Virus record (IMG/VR): IMGVR_UViG_3300000944_000005
Span: 1 to 46,038 of that record
DNA: 46,038 nt
From: a virus
Reading direction: 5' to 3' (one strand)
The translations under genes and the position numbers were made by a program. Shown here one piece after another: positions 8,300-18,087 of this stretch. The notes under the pieces were generated by a model, which did not search any database, was not told the DNA's origin, and saw only the letters and a list, made by a program, of their open reading frames with translations. Position 1 is the first letter of the stretch. Each line of letters starts with the position of its first letter.

Positions 8300-10366
8300 T
8301 TAATCATCGTCAAATATGATGGATCGTAACTCTTTGTTTCGGGAGTAACGAGGTATTGCCGACGCCTGTTTACCATACTCTTGTTGCATGACCATTTCAC
8401 CCCCTCGTTGCTGGGCGTCTTGTTTCATGTCTTCCAGTTGCGACTTCACAAGAGCATGCATCGTTGCATCCTCCTTCTTCAATTGAATTAGGAAAGAGTC
8501 TTTCTGCGACTCTGGCATAGCCATCGCTTGCTGCGCTAACTGACCAGCGACACCCATCATTTCCTCTGGGGTGGTTGGTTTGTTAGGCATCAAAGGTTGA
8601 CCTGCTGCAAAGGCCTGAGCAGCACCGCCTGGTCCCATCGGTTGTCCCATTGGTCCCATAGGTGCTACACCTGGTGGTGGGGCTCCACCCGCGGCTGCAG
8701 CTGGGTCGACAGGTGGCATACCTCCACCGGGCATGGCTCCGGGCATTCCCTGCATCGTAGGCATCTGTCCTCCACCTCCTGGAGGTGGCGGGGCTCCACC
8801 GGCCGCAGGATCCTGCGGCATCGCCATGTCGTCCATAACTGCCGAGGCTTCCATTTCCTCTTGCATGTCCTGTGTAGCTTCGGCGGAGATACGCTCTTCT
8901 TCCAGTTTGCGGCGTTCCTCTTCTGCAAACTCCAGACCAACGCTTCCGAGGCCAGTAGTGCGACTAATCTGACCACCCATCATCAATTGGAGGTGAGCCA
9001 TCTGTTTATTGAGATCGTCAGCATGTGTGATTCGTTGTAGGCGACAGTTCACTGGTTCCCAGGACATGACCTGAGCGACCTTATCAACCAATTTATTAAG
9101 GAAACGATTCAGATTGTGTATAAGGTGTGACCAGTTGGCTTCGAAGAGGCGTAAGGCTGCAGGGGCTGATTGTACACTCAAGGAACCTTTGTACAACTCG
9201 ATAGGTACACCCACGGCGTTCAAAAGCGTATCCATCCCAAGCTCCAACAGGTCCTTAGGAGCTAACTGTGTAGCGTCTCCACCAAGGGCTTGATAATCAA
9301 TTGGGAACGGGAGGATGTTCCAACGCGCGGGGTCACGTCGTCGCTTCTTCAACATGGATTGTACGCGACCAGTGAATGAACCCATGTTGATGGACAGGAC
9401 AGGGTCGTTGACCTCACCACCTTGACCATTACGGGGTTGTGGAGTGATCACACGGAACGGGATTACATAGTCGAGAGCGATCGCTTCATTGAATCTGTGC
9501 AGTACCTGTACGTACCAGGCTTGGCGGAAGTTAGCCAACACACGGCTGATACCCCAACCGCGGTTACGGATACCAGATAACGCTTCTTCCTTCATGTGGT
9601 AAACGACTTCAGGATCGAAGAGTAGCGACTGGTTGTTCTTCACTGCTTCGACGATCTCCCAACTCGCGCGTTCGAGATGATGCAAGTGACCTTTACGTAA
9701 AAGGTTCTGGTAATCGTCAGGGATCTTCCAGATGAAAGACGTGTCGTCGGTGTATGGATCCCACAACAGATCCATATCATGTGGTGACCACCGCTTCACT
9801 TTGATCTGCCCGCTTTCACCCGAGCGGCGATCGATGTGCTTCCACTTACCTTGGTAGTGACAGTGGGGACAAGCTGCGTTGAATTGAAAGTTAGACCAAC
9901 TGAATTTAAAGTCAGGTGAGTTGTAGACTTTCTTGAGTGGTAATTCCAAACCACAACCGGGACACGACAGATATCGCCGGAAAGGTACGAGCAGACTCGT
10001 GAACGAATTACCATAACACAGATAATCAAGTGCCACAGTGTGTAATACGTTTTTGATACCGATAGTATCATTGAGGAAGTCCAGATACTTCTGTTTTTCC
10101 TCACGACCAATACGTTTATCATCACCACCGGCTGACACGATCTCGACATCGGTTATGAAATAACTGATGATACGAGATATCGCAGAACGGTATGGACCAT
10201 TAGCCATGATGATGTATTCACACCAACGTAATGCGTCCTGGATCGTCTCCGGCATAGCCAGTGAGGCCATATCGCAAAACGGGTCTGGAAAATGTTCAGT
10301 GGAATCCCGACCGCCGCGTTGTTGCGAGGCCCCGATACCACAGTTTGTACCAAGTGGAGCTGGCAT
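8300..10366 (-). CDS. phage portal protein with zinc-ribbon insertion and M/P/G-rich tail
   Basis: Portal-like VVYHMK...GWGISRV and YQALGG...LLNAVGVP segments; CPGC/CPHC insert; 688 aa. Confidence 0.7.
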   Translation of the reverse strand: MPAPLGTNCGIGASQQRGGRDSTEHFPDPFCDMASLAMPETIQDALRWCEYIIMANGPYRSAISRIISYFITDVEIVSAGGDDKRIGREEKQKYLDFLNDTIGIKNVLHTVALDYLCYGNSFTSLLVPFRRYLSCPGCGLELPLKKVYNSPDFKFSWSNFQFNAACPHCHYQGKWKHIDRRSGESGQIKVKRWSPHDMDLLWDPYTDDTSFIWKIPDDYQNLLRKGHLHHLERASWEIVEAVKNNQSLLFDPEVVYHMKEEALSGIRNRGWGISRVLANFRQAWYVQVLHRFNEAIALDYVIPFRVITPQPRNGQGGEVNDPVLSINMGSFTGRVQSMLKKRRRDPARWNILPFPIDYQALGGDATQLAPKDLLELGMDTLLNAVGVPIELYKGSLSVQSAPAALRLFEANWSHLIHNLNRFLNKLVDKVAQVMSWEPVNCRLQRITHADDLNKQMAHLQLMMGGQISRTTGLGSVGLEFAEEERRKLEEERISAEATQDMQEEMEASAVMDDMAMPQDPAAGGAPPPPGGGGQMPTMQGMPGAMPGGGMPPVDPAAAAGGAPPPGVAPMGPMGQPMGPGGAAQAFAAGQPLMPNKPTTPEEMMGVAGQLAQQAMAMPESQKDSFLIQLKKEDATMHALVKSQLEDMKQDAQQRGGEMVMQQEYGKQASAIPRYSRNKELRSIIFDDD

Positions 10367-10390
10367 TCGAATCCCTTCGAGGTGCGGTAA

Positions 10391-10564
10391 TTAGGAACCG
10401 TTTTTGGACTTCAATCCATTAGATGCCGCATCCGCAGCACGTTTAGTGAAGTCATCATCCAGCGATTCAGTCGTCGCTGTCTTGTCCGCTGCTTGTTTTG
10501 TCTTCGGTGTCTGATCAGTCGGGGTACGCCCGGGTTCGACCACACCGCGTTTTTCCATTGTCAT
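10391..10564 (-). CDS. small hypothetical protein (57 aa, not in ORF track)
   Basis: MTMEKRGVVEPGRTP...KSKNGS* fills the gap between two genes; AAGGA upstream. Confidence 0.6.
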   Translation of the reverse strand: MTMEKRGVVEPGRTPTDQTPKTKQAADKTATTESLDDDFTKRAADAASNGLKSKNGS

Positions 10565-10570
10565 ATCGAA

Positions 10571-11573
10571 TTATCCTTGTTGAGGTAAACTACCAACGTC
10601 AGCCACCATCAAGATACAGTACTCATACGATTCGTGAATATATTGAATACCTGTTGTGTGAGCAAGATAAACCTCTTGCGCGCCGTGAATATTTACGGCC
10701 ATTGGTGGAGTATTATCGGCTTTGGCGATCGGCGGGAACCACTTCATACCGTTTTGGAATGTGTTATCATAGACAAGGATTAGAAAGCCCTGCGCTTCAA
10801 TAACATCATGGTAACGAGCTTCCCGGTTGTACGACTTGAGGCGTCACAGTTGGTGGTGCTACGATAGGTTGATTGAACGCAGTCATTGGACTAACTGGTG
10901 ACAACTGTTGCATTGGTTGTTGTTGTGGTACCTGCGGTAGTTGTTGTTGTGGTACCTGCGGTAATTGTTGCTGCTGCGGTTGTATCGGTTGTACTTGTCC
11001 TTGTACCTGGGGTTGAAACGCTGGTACGGGACCTGTTTGTTGTGGAGAAGGAGCGACCGCTTCTTTCTGCATACCACCTTGAGAGAGGCTGTGCATAACA
11101 GCAGAACCACGGAGTCGTAATGTTGCGATGTTGTGTGGTTCTGGTGTTGTATGTTGGGCTTGTTGTGTTGCTTGTGCCACAGTCGCAGCGTTCAGATCAC
11201 CAAGTCGTACGACAGAGCTCTGACCAATAATGTGGGGATCGATAGTCACTTCAACGTCCTGTGTAACGTGTGGGGTTGTGCCGGCAGGTATACCACCAAG
11301 CGTTGCGTGAGGGATCACTGTACCGCGGACACCAGCAGGGCTACTCGGTGCTGAGACAGCCATCGTACCACGGCTAGTGACAACCTGACTTGGGTCACGG
11401 TACGTGTCCCCGCCGTCCGACCAAGCAGCAGTAGAATTACCCATACTGATTTCATGTTGGGCTGGTATCAAAGCACTATGGCTCAGTGGTCCCGATGCAA
11501 CTTGATGGGCCGCGGGCGATGCCTGCAAACGATCAAAGTATGGATCGAGTTGAATGACTCGACTTCCGTTCAT
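10571..11573 (-). CDS. Q/P-rich hypothetical protein, frameshifted near 10822
   Basis: ORF 10806..11573 continues in another frame as EARYHDVIEAQGFLILVYD...LPQQG* to 10571, with no start codon of its own near the junction. Confidence 0.6.
10919..10978. repeat. 24-nt coding tandem repeat (QQQLPQVP)
   Basis: ttgttgtggtacctgcggta repeated at 24-nt period. Confidence 0.7.
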
Positions 11574-11608
11574 GAGATCCTACTCATTGAATTTTTGTTA
11601 ACACTAAT

Positions 11609-11637
11609 AGCTTAGTACGATCTGGATATTGTAGCAA
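11609..11637 (-). promoter_or_regulatory. putative sigma70-type promoter for the portal/tubulin cluster
   Basis: TTGCTA-17 nt-TAAGCT on the minus strand, just downstream of a terminator. Confidence 0.4.
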
Positions 11638-11653
11638 TAAGGCTTTGATAGCT

Positions 11654-11692
11654 AAGAAAAAACAAAAATAGCCAGGGCCGGCGCCCTGGCTA
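11654..11692 (-). terminator. intrinsic terminator
   Basis: Perfect 10-bp stem TAGCCAGGGC/GCCCTGGCTA followed by a long U-rich tract on the minus strand. Confidence 0.85.
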
Positions 11693-11950
11693 GATTTGAA
11701 GACTACTCATTTGAGTGACAAGTCGTGCGTCTTCAGGTAACGGCCTCAATTGAAACCACTTGGGTACCGTCCGGGTTCAACCGGTAGTCGCCAAACTCCG
11801 CCCGTCGGGGAGAATGTACTAACAACGGTACCAAGCGTGTTGAAGGTTAACTCTGTCAATGTAATCACACTGTAAAAGTGAATTACCCACCAGAGTAAGG
11901 AAATTGAGACTATGAGCATAGGAGTAATTGAACCCATATAAAGATAGACG

Positions 11951-12166
11951 TCAAGGTGAGTATTCCACCCAATCCTCGTCACAGAGGCCTGGGCACATTT
12001 GTTTAGCCCTACGTTTAGGAATCGTGAAAAAGAGAATAGCGTGCGGTACACTGTAATCCAATGTTACAAGCTCATTGGCTTGTTCTGGGTTGGTGATTAC
12101 GTAACCGGTAGCGTCATTCTCTTCCTCGGTGTCAAAGTCATTCACGATGACTGCGACTAATGTCAT
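11951..12166 (-). CDS. small hypothetical protein
   Basis: Start reassigned to MTLVAVIVND, outside the overlap with the upstream gene. Confidence 0.55.
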   Translation of the reverse strand: MTLVAVIVNDFDTEEENDATGYVITNPEQANELVTLDYSVPHAILFFTIPKRRAKQMCPGLCDEDWVEYSP

Positions 12167-12203
12167 CCGCCGTGATAGAGGCCATTGCGGTAACACGCGG
12201 GAC

Positions 12204-13574
12204 TCAGGCGGTTGCAACTGGTGCGGGAGTTTCGGTAACATTCTTTTCCTTACGCGGTGACGCTGGTTTCGATTTAGGGGCACCAATTGGTGTCCACAAG
12301 TTACCAGAGACACGACCAGTTGAGAACTGGAAGCGTTCCGTAACATCGATTCTTTTGTCACAGAAAAGCGACTGGAACTGACACACCTTCGACGCATGTA
12401 AAGGCGCATCCGGATTAACCGCCGCCTTCAAGATGTCCGCATCAGTGATCCCCGAGTTGTATACCGGTCGCGTCTCCGCGATCTTCATACGCATCAGCTT
12501 GATCACATCCTCGTCATCCAATTCGTCACAAAGACTCTCAACTGCGAAATGCATATCCTTATTAGGATCTGCGATCGCAGCCTCAATCTCATCATTACTG
12601 AACTTGTCCGAATACGGACCTAAGTGTTCACGCATTACCGCAACAAGTTCAGCAAACGGAGCAGTACTGTTATCGGAATCAGTGTCCGACACAGTAGCTT
12701 CCTGCATCTGCGCTAACAATGCTTCCACTGTCGTACCCAGTTTGACTGCGCACGTGTTCGCCGGATTAGCGATACTCACACCGTTCAGGTCTCTCGCGGG
12801 GTTCCAGATGTCGACACCACACAACTCCGAGAAGTCTTCAAACAACTTGGCTTGATTAAGCCGTGTTGTGAACTTCGCGGGAATCAACCAGTACTTAGTA
12901 CTGTTGTATAAGGTTCCAGGTGCTCGCCACAAATCTGGCCAATGCGCTTTCGCCATCGTCATCAGGTCCGCAGCAGGTCGGGTCTCCAGTACTTCGACCG
13001 GTTCATCCGTACTTTCCGCCAGTAACTCTTTCATTGCTGGCGTCATCTCCATGTTGATAGCCGACATGGAGTTGAACCCTGCCATAAGTTCCGGCATTCT
13101 TGGAACGCTGGAAAGTTTCCAGTTTTGGTCAGATGCCCGGAGCCGGTGACGGTCTAACTCAAGACCGAGTCGGACCAAATCCGCTTTCGGTTTGTCTCGC
13201 TTGTTAGGCGAGGAGTCCCGCGGATCCAACACACGACCCCTCGCCCCGATGTACGGGTTGATGGAGAAGTCGTAAGCTGCGGTGCCGCGATCATAGTGCA
13301 CGCGACCTGTCGTGGTATCCACGGAAGGATGGACACAACGCAGTTCGATCATTGATCGTCGTTTACCCTCGGTCAGCGGGTGGGTAGACATTACTACCAT
13401 AGCGGCTTTTCCGAACGGAACAAGCGTGTTACCACGAAGGTTCCACGTGACGCCCCAGACACTTTCCAAATCGGAATTGGTGCGATGCGATCGCTTAACG
13501 ACACGATCAAGATGCTTCTTAGAAAGAGCGTTACGTTGACGTTTACGTTTTCGAGATTGAGAATTAGTCTTCAT
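12204..13574 (-). CDS. hypothetical protein with basic N-terminus
   Basis: 456 aa ORF; no family recognised. Confidence 0.75.
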   Translation of the reverse strand: MKTNSQSRKRKRQRNALSKKHLDRVVKRSHRTNSDLESVWGVTWNLRGNTLVPFGKAAMVVMSTHPLTEGKRRSMIELRCVHPSVDTTTGRVHYDRGTAAYDFSINPYIGARGRVLDPRDSSPNKRDKPKADLVRLGLELDRHRLRASDQNWKLSSVPRMPELMAGFNSMSAINMEMTPAMKELLAESTDEPVEVLETRPAADLMTMAKAHWPDLWRAPGTLYNSTKYWLIPAKFTTRLNQAKLFEDFSELCGVDIWNPARDLNGVSIANPANTCAVKLGTTVEALLAQMQEATVSDTDSDNSTAPFAELVAVMREHLGPYSDKFSNDEIEAAIADPNKDMHFAVESLCDELDDEDVIKLMRMKIAETRPVYNSGITDADILKAAVNPDAPLHASKVCQFQSLFCDKRIDVTERFQFSTGRVSGNLWTPIGAPKSKPASPRKEKNVTETPAPVATA

Positions 13575-13608
13575 AAAATTGGTATCCTAAAAGTGAACCA
13601 TAGATTTA

Positions 13609-13845
13609 TTAAACGGAAACCGTCACAAGTTTGCGAAGGTCATCCATACGCTTAGATTGCACAGGTCGCCACTCTCCGTGCTTGTCCCAGTCAGCCTGGG
13701 AGATTGTTTCCTGTCCTCCAGGAACACCTTTCGTTGGCGAAACGAAAGTGAGTACGATACCAAGCTTGCTTTCACCAGCCTGGTAACCACGTCGAATCCG
13801 TTTTACGGGTCGACCTTTATAGAAACGATTCCTTAGTTTCGTCAT
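13609..13845 (-). CDS. small basic hypothetical protein
   Basis: 78 aa ORF; GAGGT upstream. Confidence 0.6.
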   Translation of the reverse strand: MTKLRNRFYKGRPVKRIRRGYQAGESKLGIVLTFVSPTKGVPGGQETISQADWDKHGEWRPVQSKRMDDLRKLVTVSV

Positions 13846-13884
13846 TGAGTTTTCATCAATTACCTCGTTTCAAATATGTAAACG

Positions 13885-13921
13885 AAAAAAGACCTAGTGA
13901 GTTTTCTCACCAGGTCTTTTT
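13885..13921. terminator. bidirectional terminator-like hairpin
   Basis: AAAAAAGACCTAGTGAG-TTTT-CTCACCAGGTCTTTTT. Confidence 0.75.
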
Positions 13922-13987
13922 GTTACTAGGTACATCGACTAGTAGTTAATAGCCATGCACTATATATGCCGCAAAACACGCGTTAAT

Positions 13988-14875
13988 TTAGAAGAGTGGC
14001 GTGTCTCCTGATTCATCTATTACTACCTCGTCACCTTGTGGTGTTGGGGGTGTTGGGGGTGTTGGGGGTGTCGACGCGTCACCTTCATTAGCGGCTTCAT
14101 CATTTACAACCTCAGGGTCGTCACCAGGTAACACAGGTTCTTCAGTCTGGGGTGGTAATTCCAAGTAAAGTGGATCACCGACCCAACCATGCTCCGTCTC
14201 ATTTACATCAGACGGTTCAGGGATATCAAACAACGGCATCGGCCCCATCGGGGTGTGTAAGAAATGGTTGGGACCTGCAGAGATTGGCATACGTTGACCC
14301 ATGAACGCAAATACATGCGAATTGGTGCCGAGCCACTGCTTAATGAAAGTGATGCACGCATCTATACTGTCGTGCTCATTGATCTCCGGCCATGCTGTCT
14401 CTGCAACCACCATGGTTATAAACTTCTGCCCAACTTGTCGTTGATTGTTCAACGTAGCGAGTAACAACGACGCGGTAGCCGGGTCATGCATCGGGAGTTG
14501 GGCTACTGGCGGTGGTGTTGTAGGTAAAGCATCAACAGGTTGTTGAGTTGTCGCTGGTTGAGTCTGCGGCGGTTTAAGTGGACCCTTACGTTTACCAAAG
14601 CTTGGGCGCTTCGGTCGCTTAGTTTGCGGGATCACGGGAACAGTTACCTTCTTGGCGTTATCCTCTTCCTCCGCAGTAAGTTTAGGTGCACGGTGTGGTC
14701 CGCTCCCAGTCATAGGTGCCGCTAACGCAGAACCGGGTAAAGGTTTAGACGGAGCGGGGACCTTCTCCACGCCCATATCGTGTCTGTTCTCACCTTGAGC
14801 TGGTTGTTGGTTGGTAGCTGGTTGCTCACTAACCGTCGCCTGCTCGTTAGTTGGTTGATCCTGATTCTCCGACAT
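13988..14875 (-). CDS. hypothetical protein with P/Q/T-rich termini
   Basis: 295 aa ORF; 9-nt PPT repeat at ~14040-14070. Confidence 0.7.
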   Translation of the reverse strand: MSENQDQPTNEQATVSEQPATNQQPAQGENRHDMGVEKVPAPSKPLPGSALAAPMTGSGPHRAPKLTAEEEDNAKKVTVPVIPQTKRPKRPSFGKRKGPLKPPQTQPATTQQPVDALPTTPPPVAQLPMHDPATASLLLATLNNQRQVGQKFITMVVAETAWPEINEHDSIDACITFIKQWLGTNSHVFAFMGQRMPISAGPNHFLHTPMGPMPLFDIPEPSDVNETEHGWVGDPLYLELPPQTEEPVLPGDDPEVVNDEAANEGDASTPPTPPTPPTPQGDEVVIDESGDTPLF

Positions 14876-15128
14876 TCTCTTTTTCCTGATAGAGTACCGT
14901 TAAACCGTAAGTAACGCACTTCAATTTAAACGGGTCATCCTTGTTACCATGCCAGGCCGTATGCATCCCGAGTTGTCCTGGGTGTAACATAACACTACCA
15001 GTTTTCTCAACCCACTCACGGACTTGGGTGTCAATAGTTTTCTCGTCAGACTCCTTAAGTTCTACGAACTGTTGTGGTCCGACGCGAGAGTACCACCGAG
15101 TCTCTTTAAACGTTTTGGTAAGAATCAT
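14847..15128 (-). CDS. hypothetical protein
   Basis: 93 aa ORF coupled to its neighbours. Confidence 0.6.
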   Translation of the reverse strand: MILTKTFKETRWYSRVGPQQFVELKESDEKTIDTQVREWVEKTGSVMLHPGQLGMHTAWHGNKDDPFKLKCVTYGLTVLYQEKENVGESGSTN

Positions 15129-15487
15129 TGCTGATTAGGGGTTACTGGTTGTGTGGATGTTACCGCTGTCGAAGGATTGGGCGTGGTTGATCCTCGCTTA
15201 CCTTTAGCCCGTTTCTTTTTGAACTCATCGACAGGTAAATCGAAATCAAAATGGGGTGAATCATTTGGTGTAGTGTTCTTGACCTGGAACTCACCAGTAT
15301 TTGCGTTGAACAATACGACAGCACTGGATTGCGTACCGTTAGCCCCCTCAGCTTTCACATAACCGACACGCATGACGTGTTGACCCCTTACAAGTAGAGG
15401 TTCAGTTTCGATAGTCATGCTATCTTCGTCGAATGTCTGCGTTACAGTATCAGCTTTATGGGAACCAGCCACTTTAAATTTCATCAT
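15125..15487 (-). CDS. hypothetical protein
   Basis: Start reassigned to MMKFKV after GGAG. Confidence 0.6.
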   Translation of the reverse strand: MMKFKVAGSHKADTVTQTFDEDSMTIETEPLLVRGQHVMRVGYVKAEGANGTQSSAVVLFNANTGEFQVKNTTPNDSPHFDFDLPVDEFKKKRAKGKRGSTTPNPSTAVTSTQPVTPNQQ

Positions 15488-16184
15488 TACTCCGCTGCAA
15501 ATGTTCTGGGGATGGGGGTGGACCAAGTACGGCGTCACCTTCAGTAACCATGTCAGTCTTAGGTTCTTCTGTAACCAATTGAGGTAACACAGGATAACCG
15601 CGGGGACTAATGTACGAAAATGATTGATTCGATGACACCCCGAACACCGTAATCGTCACTATGGGTAGTTTATCCACGATTGTTTGTTTGCTCAAAGCAA
15701 AAGGGTCAACAATATCTAACTCGTAAAAATTAGTTCGTGCGTAGAACTGGGCCTTACGTTCAATCATCGCAAACCCTGCGATCATGTCACGCAAAGGTAT
15801 CCACCGATCACGTAGAATTGCATAAATGCGACGATCGAAATTGACTGGTGTGTTAGCCGCCAGACATACACCGAGCCCTTGAAAAAAGGATTCGGTGTGG
15901 TCGATGGCGAGTGGCATCTCGTCAGAGTTATCAGTAGGGTAGAGTTTTAAATACTCAGTAATAGGATCCCGATCAAACGGGGTAACCGCATGGATTACCC
16001 CGGTCGTAAAGAACTCGTAATCAGTCGACATATCTTGGAGCGTATGACTCTTAGCCTTTTCAGCAGGTCTATGCTCTGCGTCGCCCGCGTCATGTTGTTC
16101 AACGCCTACGGGTTTACCGACACGGTCAAATGCAGACTCGTCGACACGAAGATCACGGCCCTTTACGATTTCAGGATCAGCCAT
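15474..16184 (-). CDS. hypothetical protein
   Basis: 236 aa ORF; TAATG coupling. Confidence 0.7.
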   Translation of the reverse strand: MADPEIVKGRDLRVDESAFDRVGKPVGVEQHDAGDAEHRPAEKAKSHTLQDMSTDYEFFTTGVIHAVTPFDRDPITEYLKLYPTDNSDEMPLAIDHTESFFQGLGVCLAANTPVNFDRRIYAILRDRWIPLRDMIAGFAMIERKAQFYARTNFYELDIVDPFALSKQTIVDKLPIVTITVFGVSSNQSFSYISPRGYPVLPQLVTEEPKTDMVTEGDAVLGPPPSPEHLQRSNDEI

Positions 16185-16894
16185 TAGACGTCAACAGTGT
16201 TAACTGCGTCGCTCCCTGTGTAAGTGAGGTTTGCAGCCAGCGTGAGATTCAACGCCAACTGAGCTTGGAGCTTCGCATCGGCATCTACGCTGGTGCCTTG
16301 CGTCAACTCAATACCCAAGAAGTCACACAGGCCGTCATAGGGAATATCATTACGACGTTCCGACGGGATGATCATCTCGTAAGGGTCGCACCAGATAGCC
16401 GGAGTAAACGGTTTGTGAGTCCACAAACCTGGAAACAGACTATTAAGATCATGACCGTGTGTGCGGGCGTAATTGATCGCATCTAACGCCATGATACGCA
16501 GACGGTCCCGGATCTTCAGCCCGAAGAGACAACAACCAACGTCATCCATGTCATTAAAAATATGATCTTCTGTACCGTTCAGGATACAACCAAGCGTCAA
16601 CATAGTGTCGTAAGCCACTTTGCCTTTTACACCATCAAACCCACTGGTGGCACTAAAGACTTCGTTACCGTCAGTGTCGAGGATCGCGACACTGACCACT
16701 GTACTGGATACAGGATAAAAGTGAGCCTGTTCAGCACGTTCTTTTTGTTTCTTCTCTACTTCCTTCGCTACGCTTTCCGGTTTCGAGCTGCGAGTAGCTT
16801 TACAAGGTGCAAAGTACTGCTCCCAGTTATCCCGCCGCCCCAGGGTCATCCCCAAGAATAGGCGTGGACGAGTCTTCTTCTGATTTTGATTCAT
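16184..16894 (-). CDS. degenerate RNase H-like / PolB-type 3'-5' exonuclease domain protein
   Basis: AHFYPVSSTVVSVAI...CDPYEM...YDGLCDFLGI pattern resembles stand-alone PolB-exo proteins, but the first DxE motif is missing. Confidence 0.4.
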   Translation of the reverse strand: MNQNQKKTRPRLFLGMTLGRRDNWEQYFAPCKATRSSKPESVAKEVEKKQKERAEQAHFYPVSSTVVSVAILDTDGNEVFSATSGFDGVKGKVAYDTMLTLGCILNGTEDHIFNDMDDVGCCLFGLKIRDRLRIMALDAINYARTHGHDLNSLFPGLWTHKPFTPAIWCDPYEMIIPSERRNDIPYDGLCDFLGIELTQGTSVDADAKLQAQLALNLTLAANLTYTGSDAVNTVDV

Positions 16895-17255
16895 GTTGTT
16901 TCTGCATTTGACAAAAAATATCTACCACTGGTAACACCGTCTGTAAAAGCGCATCACGCACTTGTATCGGTGTAATCGGATCAGCTACAGCCTTCTCCTG
17001 GGCTGACATACCGAGAGTTTGAATTACGAGATTAGGATTTTCTACATCCCAACCTTGCGTCAACTCATTCTCGATACCTGATCGAATCAATAGAAACAAC
17101 TGACGTGCGATAATGTCGACCGATACCAGTTTAGGTATAATCGGACTATTCTTCATGAGGTACTGCGCGTCCGTCGCAGCATTCTCCATCGCTTCTCTAC
17201 CAGCGTCCATTCCATCCGCGCCGCTTACCACGACTTTTGGGTCTTCATGTCCCAC
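16827..17255 (-). CDS. hypothetical protein
   Basis: Start reassigned to GTG at 17255 after GGAGG. Confidence 0.6.
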   Translation of the reverse strand: MGHEDPKVVVSGADGMDAGREAMENAATDAQYLMKNSPIIPKLVSVDIIARQLFLLIRSGIENELTQGWDVENPNLVIQTLGMSAQEKAVADPITPIQVRDALLQTVLPVVDIFCQMQKQHESKSEEDSSTPILGDDPGAAG

Positions 17256-17256
17256 T

Positions 17257-18087
17257 TTACCCTCCGGGCGGGCTCGGTCCGTCGAGCGGGTCTCCTTTCT
17301 TACACAGACGTAACCGTTTGCGGATGATATCGGAGTACTTACTCGACAACTCGAACCCAATGTATTTTCGTTCAAGCTTCTTAGCCACCGCAAGTACCGT
17401 ACCTGTACCAGCCATCGGATCGAGTACTAGATCGCCCTCATTAGAGCAACCTCGTATGATTCGGCCGACTAACTGTTCCGGTAACTGATTAGCTGCACCT
17501 ACCACTCGTTGTTTGAAGGTGCCACACACTCGCGGAAACGTCCAGGTGTCACTCAGAGCATCGAAACCTTCAGGAATGGCCTGGGGTCGTAAGATCCAAG
17601 TATCATCTGGGAGCCTACCATCCGGGTTGGCTCGCTTATCTTTATACACTAAGGTCCGTGCCGCTGGAACCCGCACTTGGGACTCATTGAACGTGAAGTT
17701 CTTTTTGTGCTTTGTAAAATACAAGATATGCACGTGACTACGGCTAAATTTCTTCGAGCAATTAACACCAAAAGTGTAATACCAAATCACCCAGCTACGT
17801 AAATGGAACCCGAGTTCTCGTGCTTTCACACGTAGATCCGCGGCCCACTCATCTCCAATAATCAACCAAAATGACCCGTCTGGTTGTAGTACGCGATATG
17901 CTTCATCCATCCACTCAACGGACCAAGCAAGGTATTCAGATGGTTTCAGGTTGTCTTTGTACTCACCGTCGCCGTAGTCATAACCAATGTTGTACGGCGG
18001 GTCCGCAATCAAAAGTTTGACGGTCTCGTCGGGTTGTTTCTTAAACAGTTGCAGGCAATCGCCTGTGTAGATCCTGTTAGTCTTCAT
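17257..18087 (-). CDS. DNA N6-adenine/N4-cytosine methyltransferase, beta class
   Basis: GDCL, catalytic DPPY before SAM-binding VLDPMAGTGT, GFEL; no cognate restriction gene recognised. Confidence 0.92.
   Translation of the reverse strand: MKTNRIYTGDCLQLFKKQPDETVKLLIADPPYNIGYDYGDGEYKDNLKPSEYLAWSVEWMDEAYRVLQPDGSFWLIIGDEWAADLRVKARELGFHLRSWVIWYYTFGVNCSKKFSRSHVHILYFTKHKKNFTFNESQVRVPAARTLVYKDKRANPDGRLPDDTWILRPQAIPEGFDALSDTWTFPRVCGTFKQRVVGAANQLPEQLVGRIIRGCSNEGDLVLDPMAGTGTVLAVAKKLERKYIGFELSSKYSDIIRKRLRLCKKGDPLDGPSPPGG

Noticed and set aside
10498-10803. 101 aa plus-strand ORF
   Set aside because: Antisense to two better-supported minus-strand coding segments.
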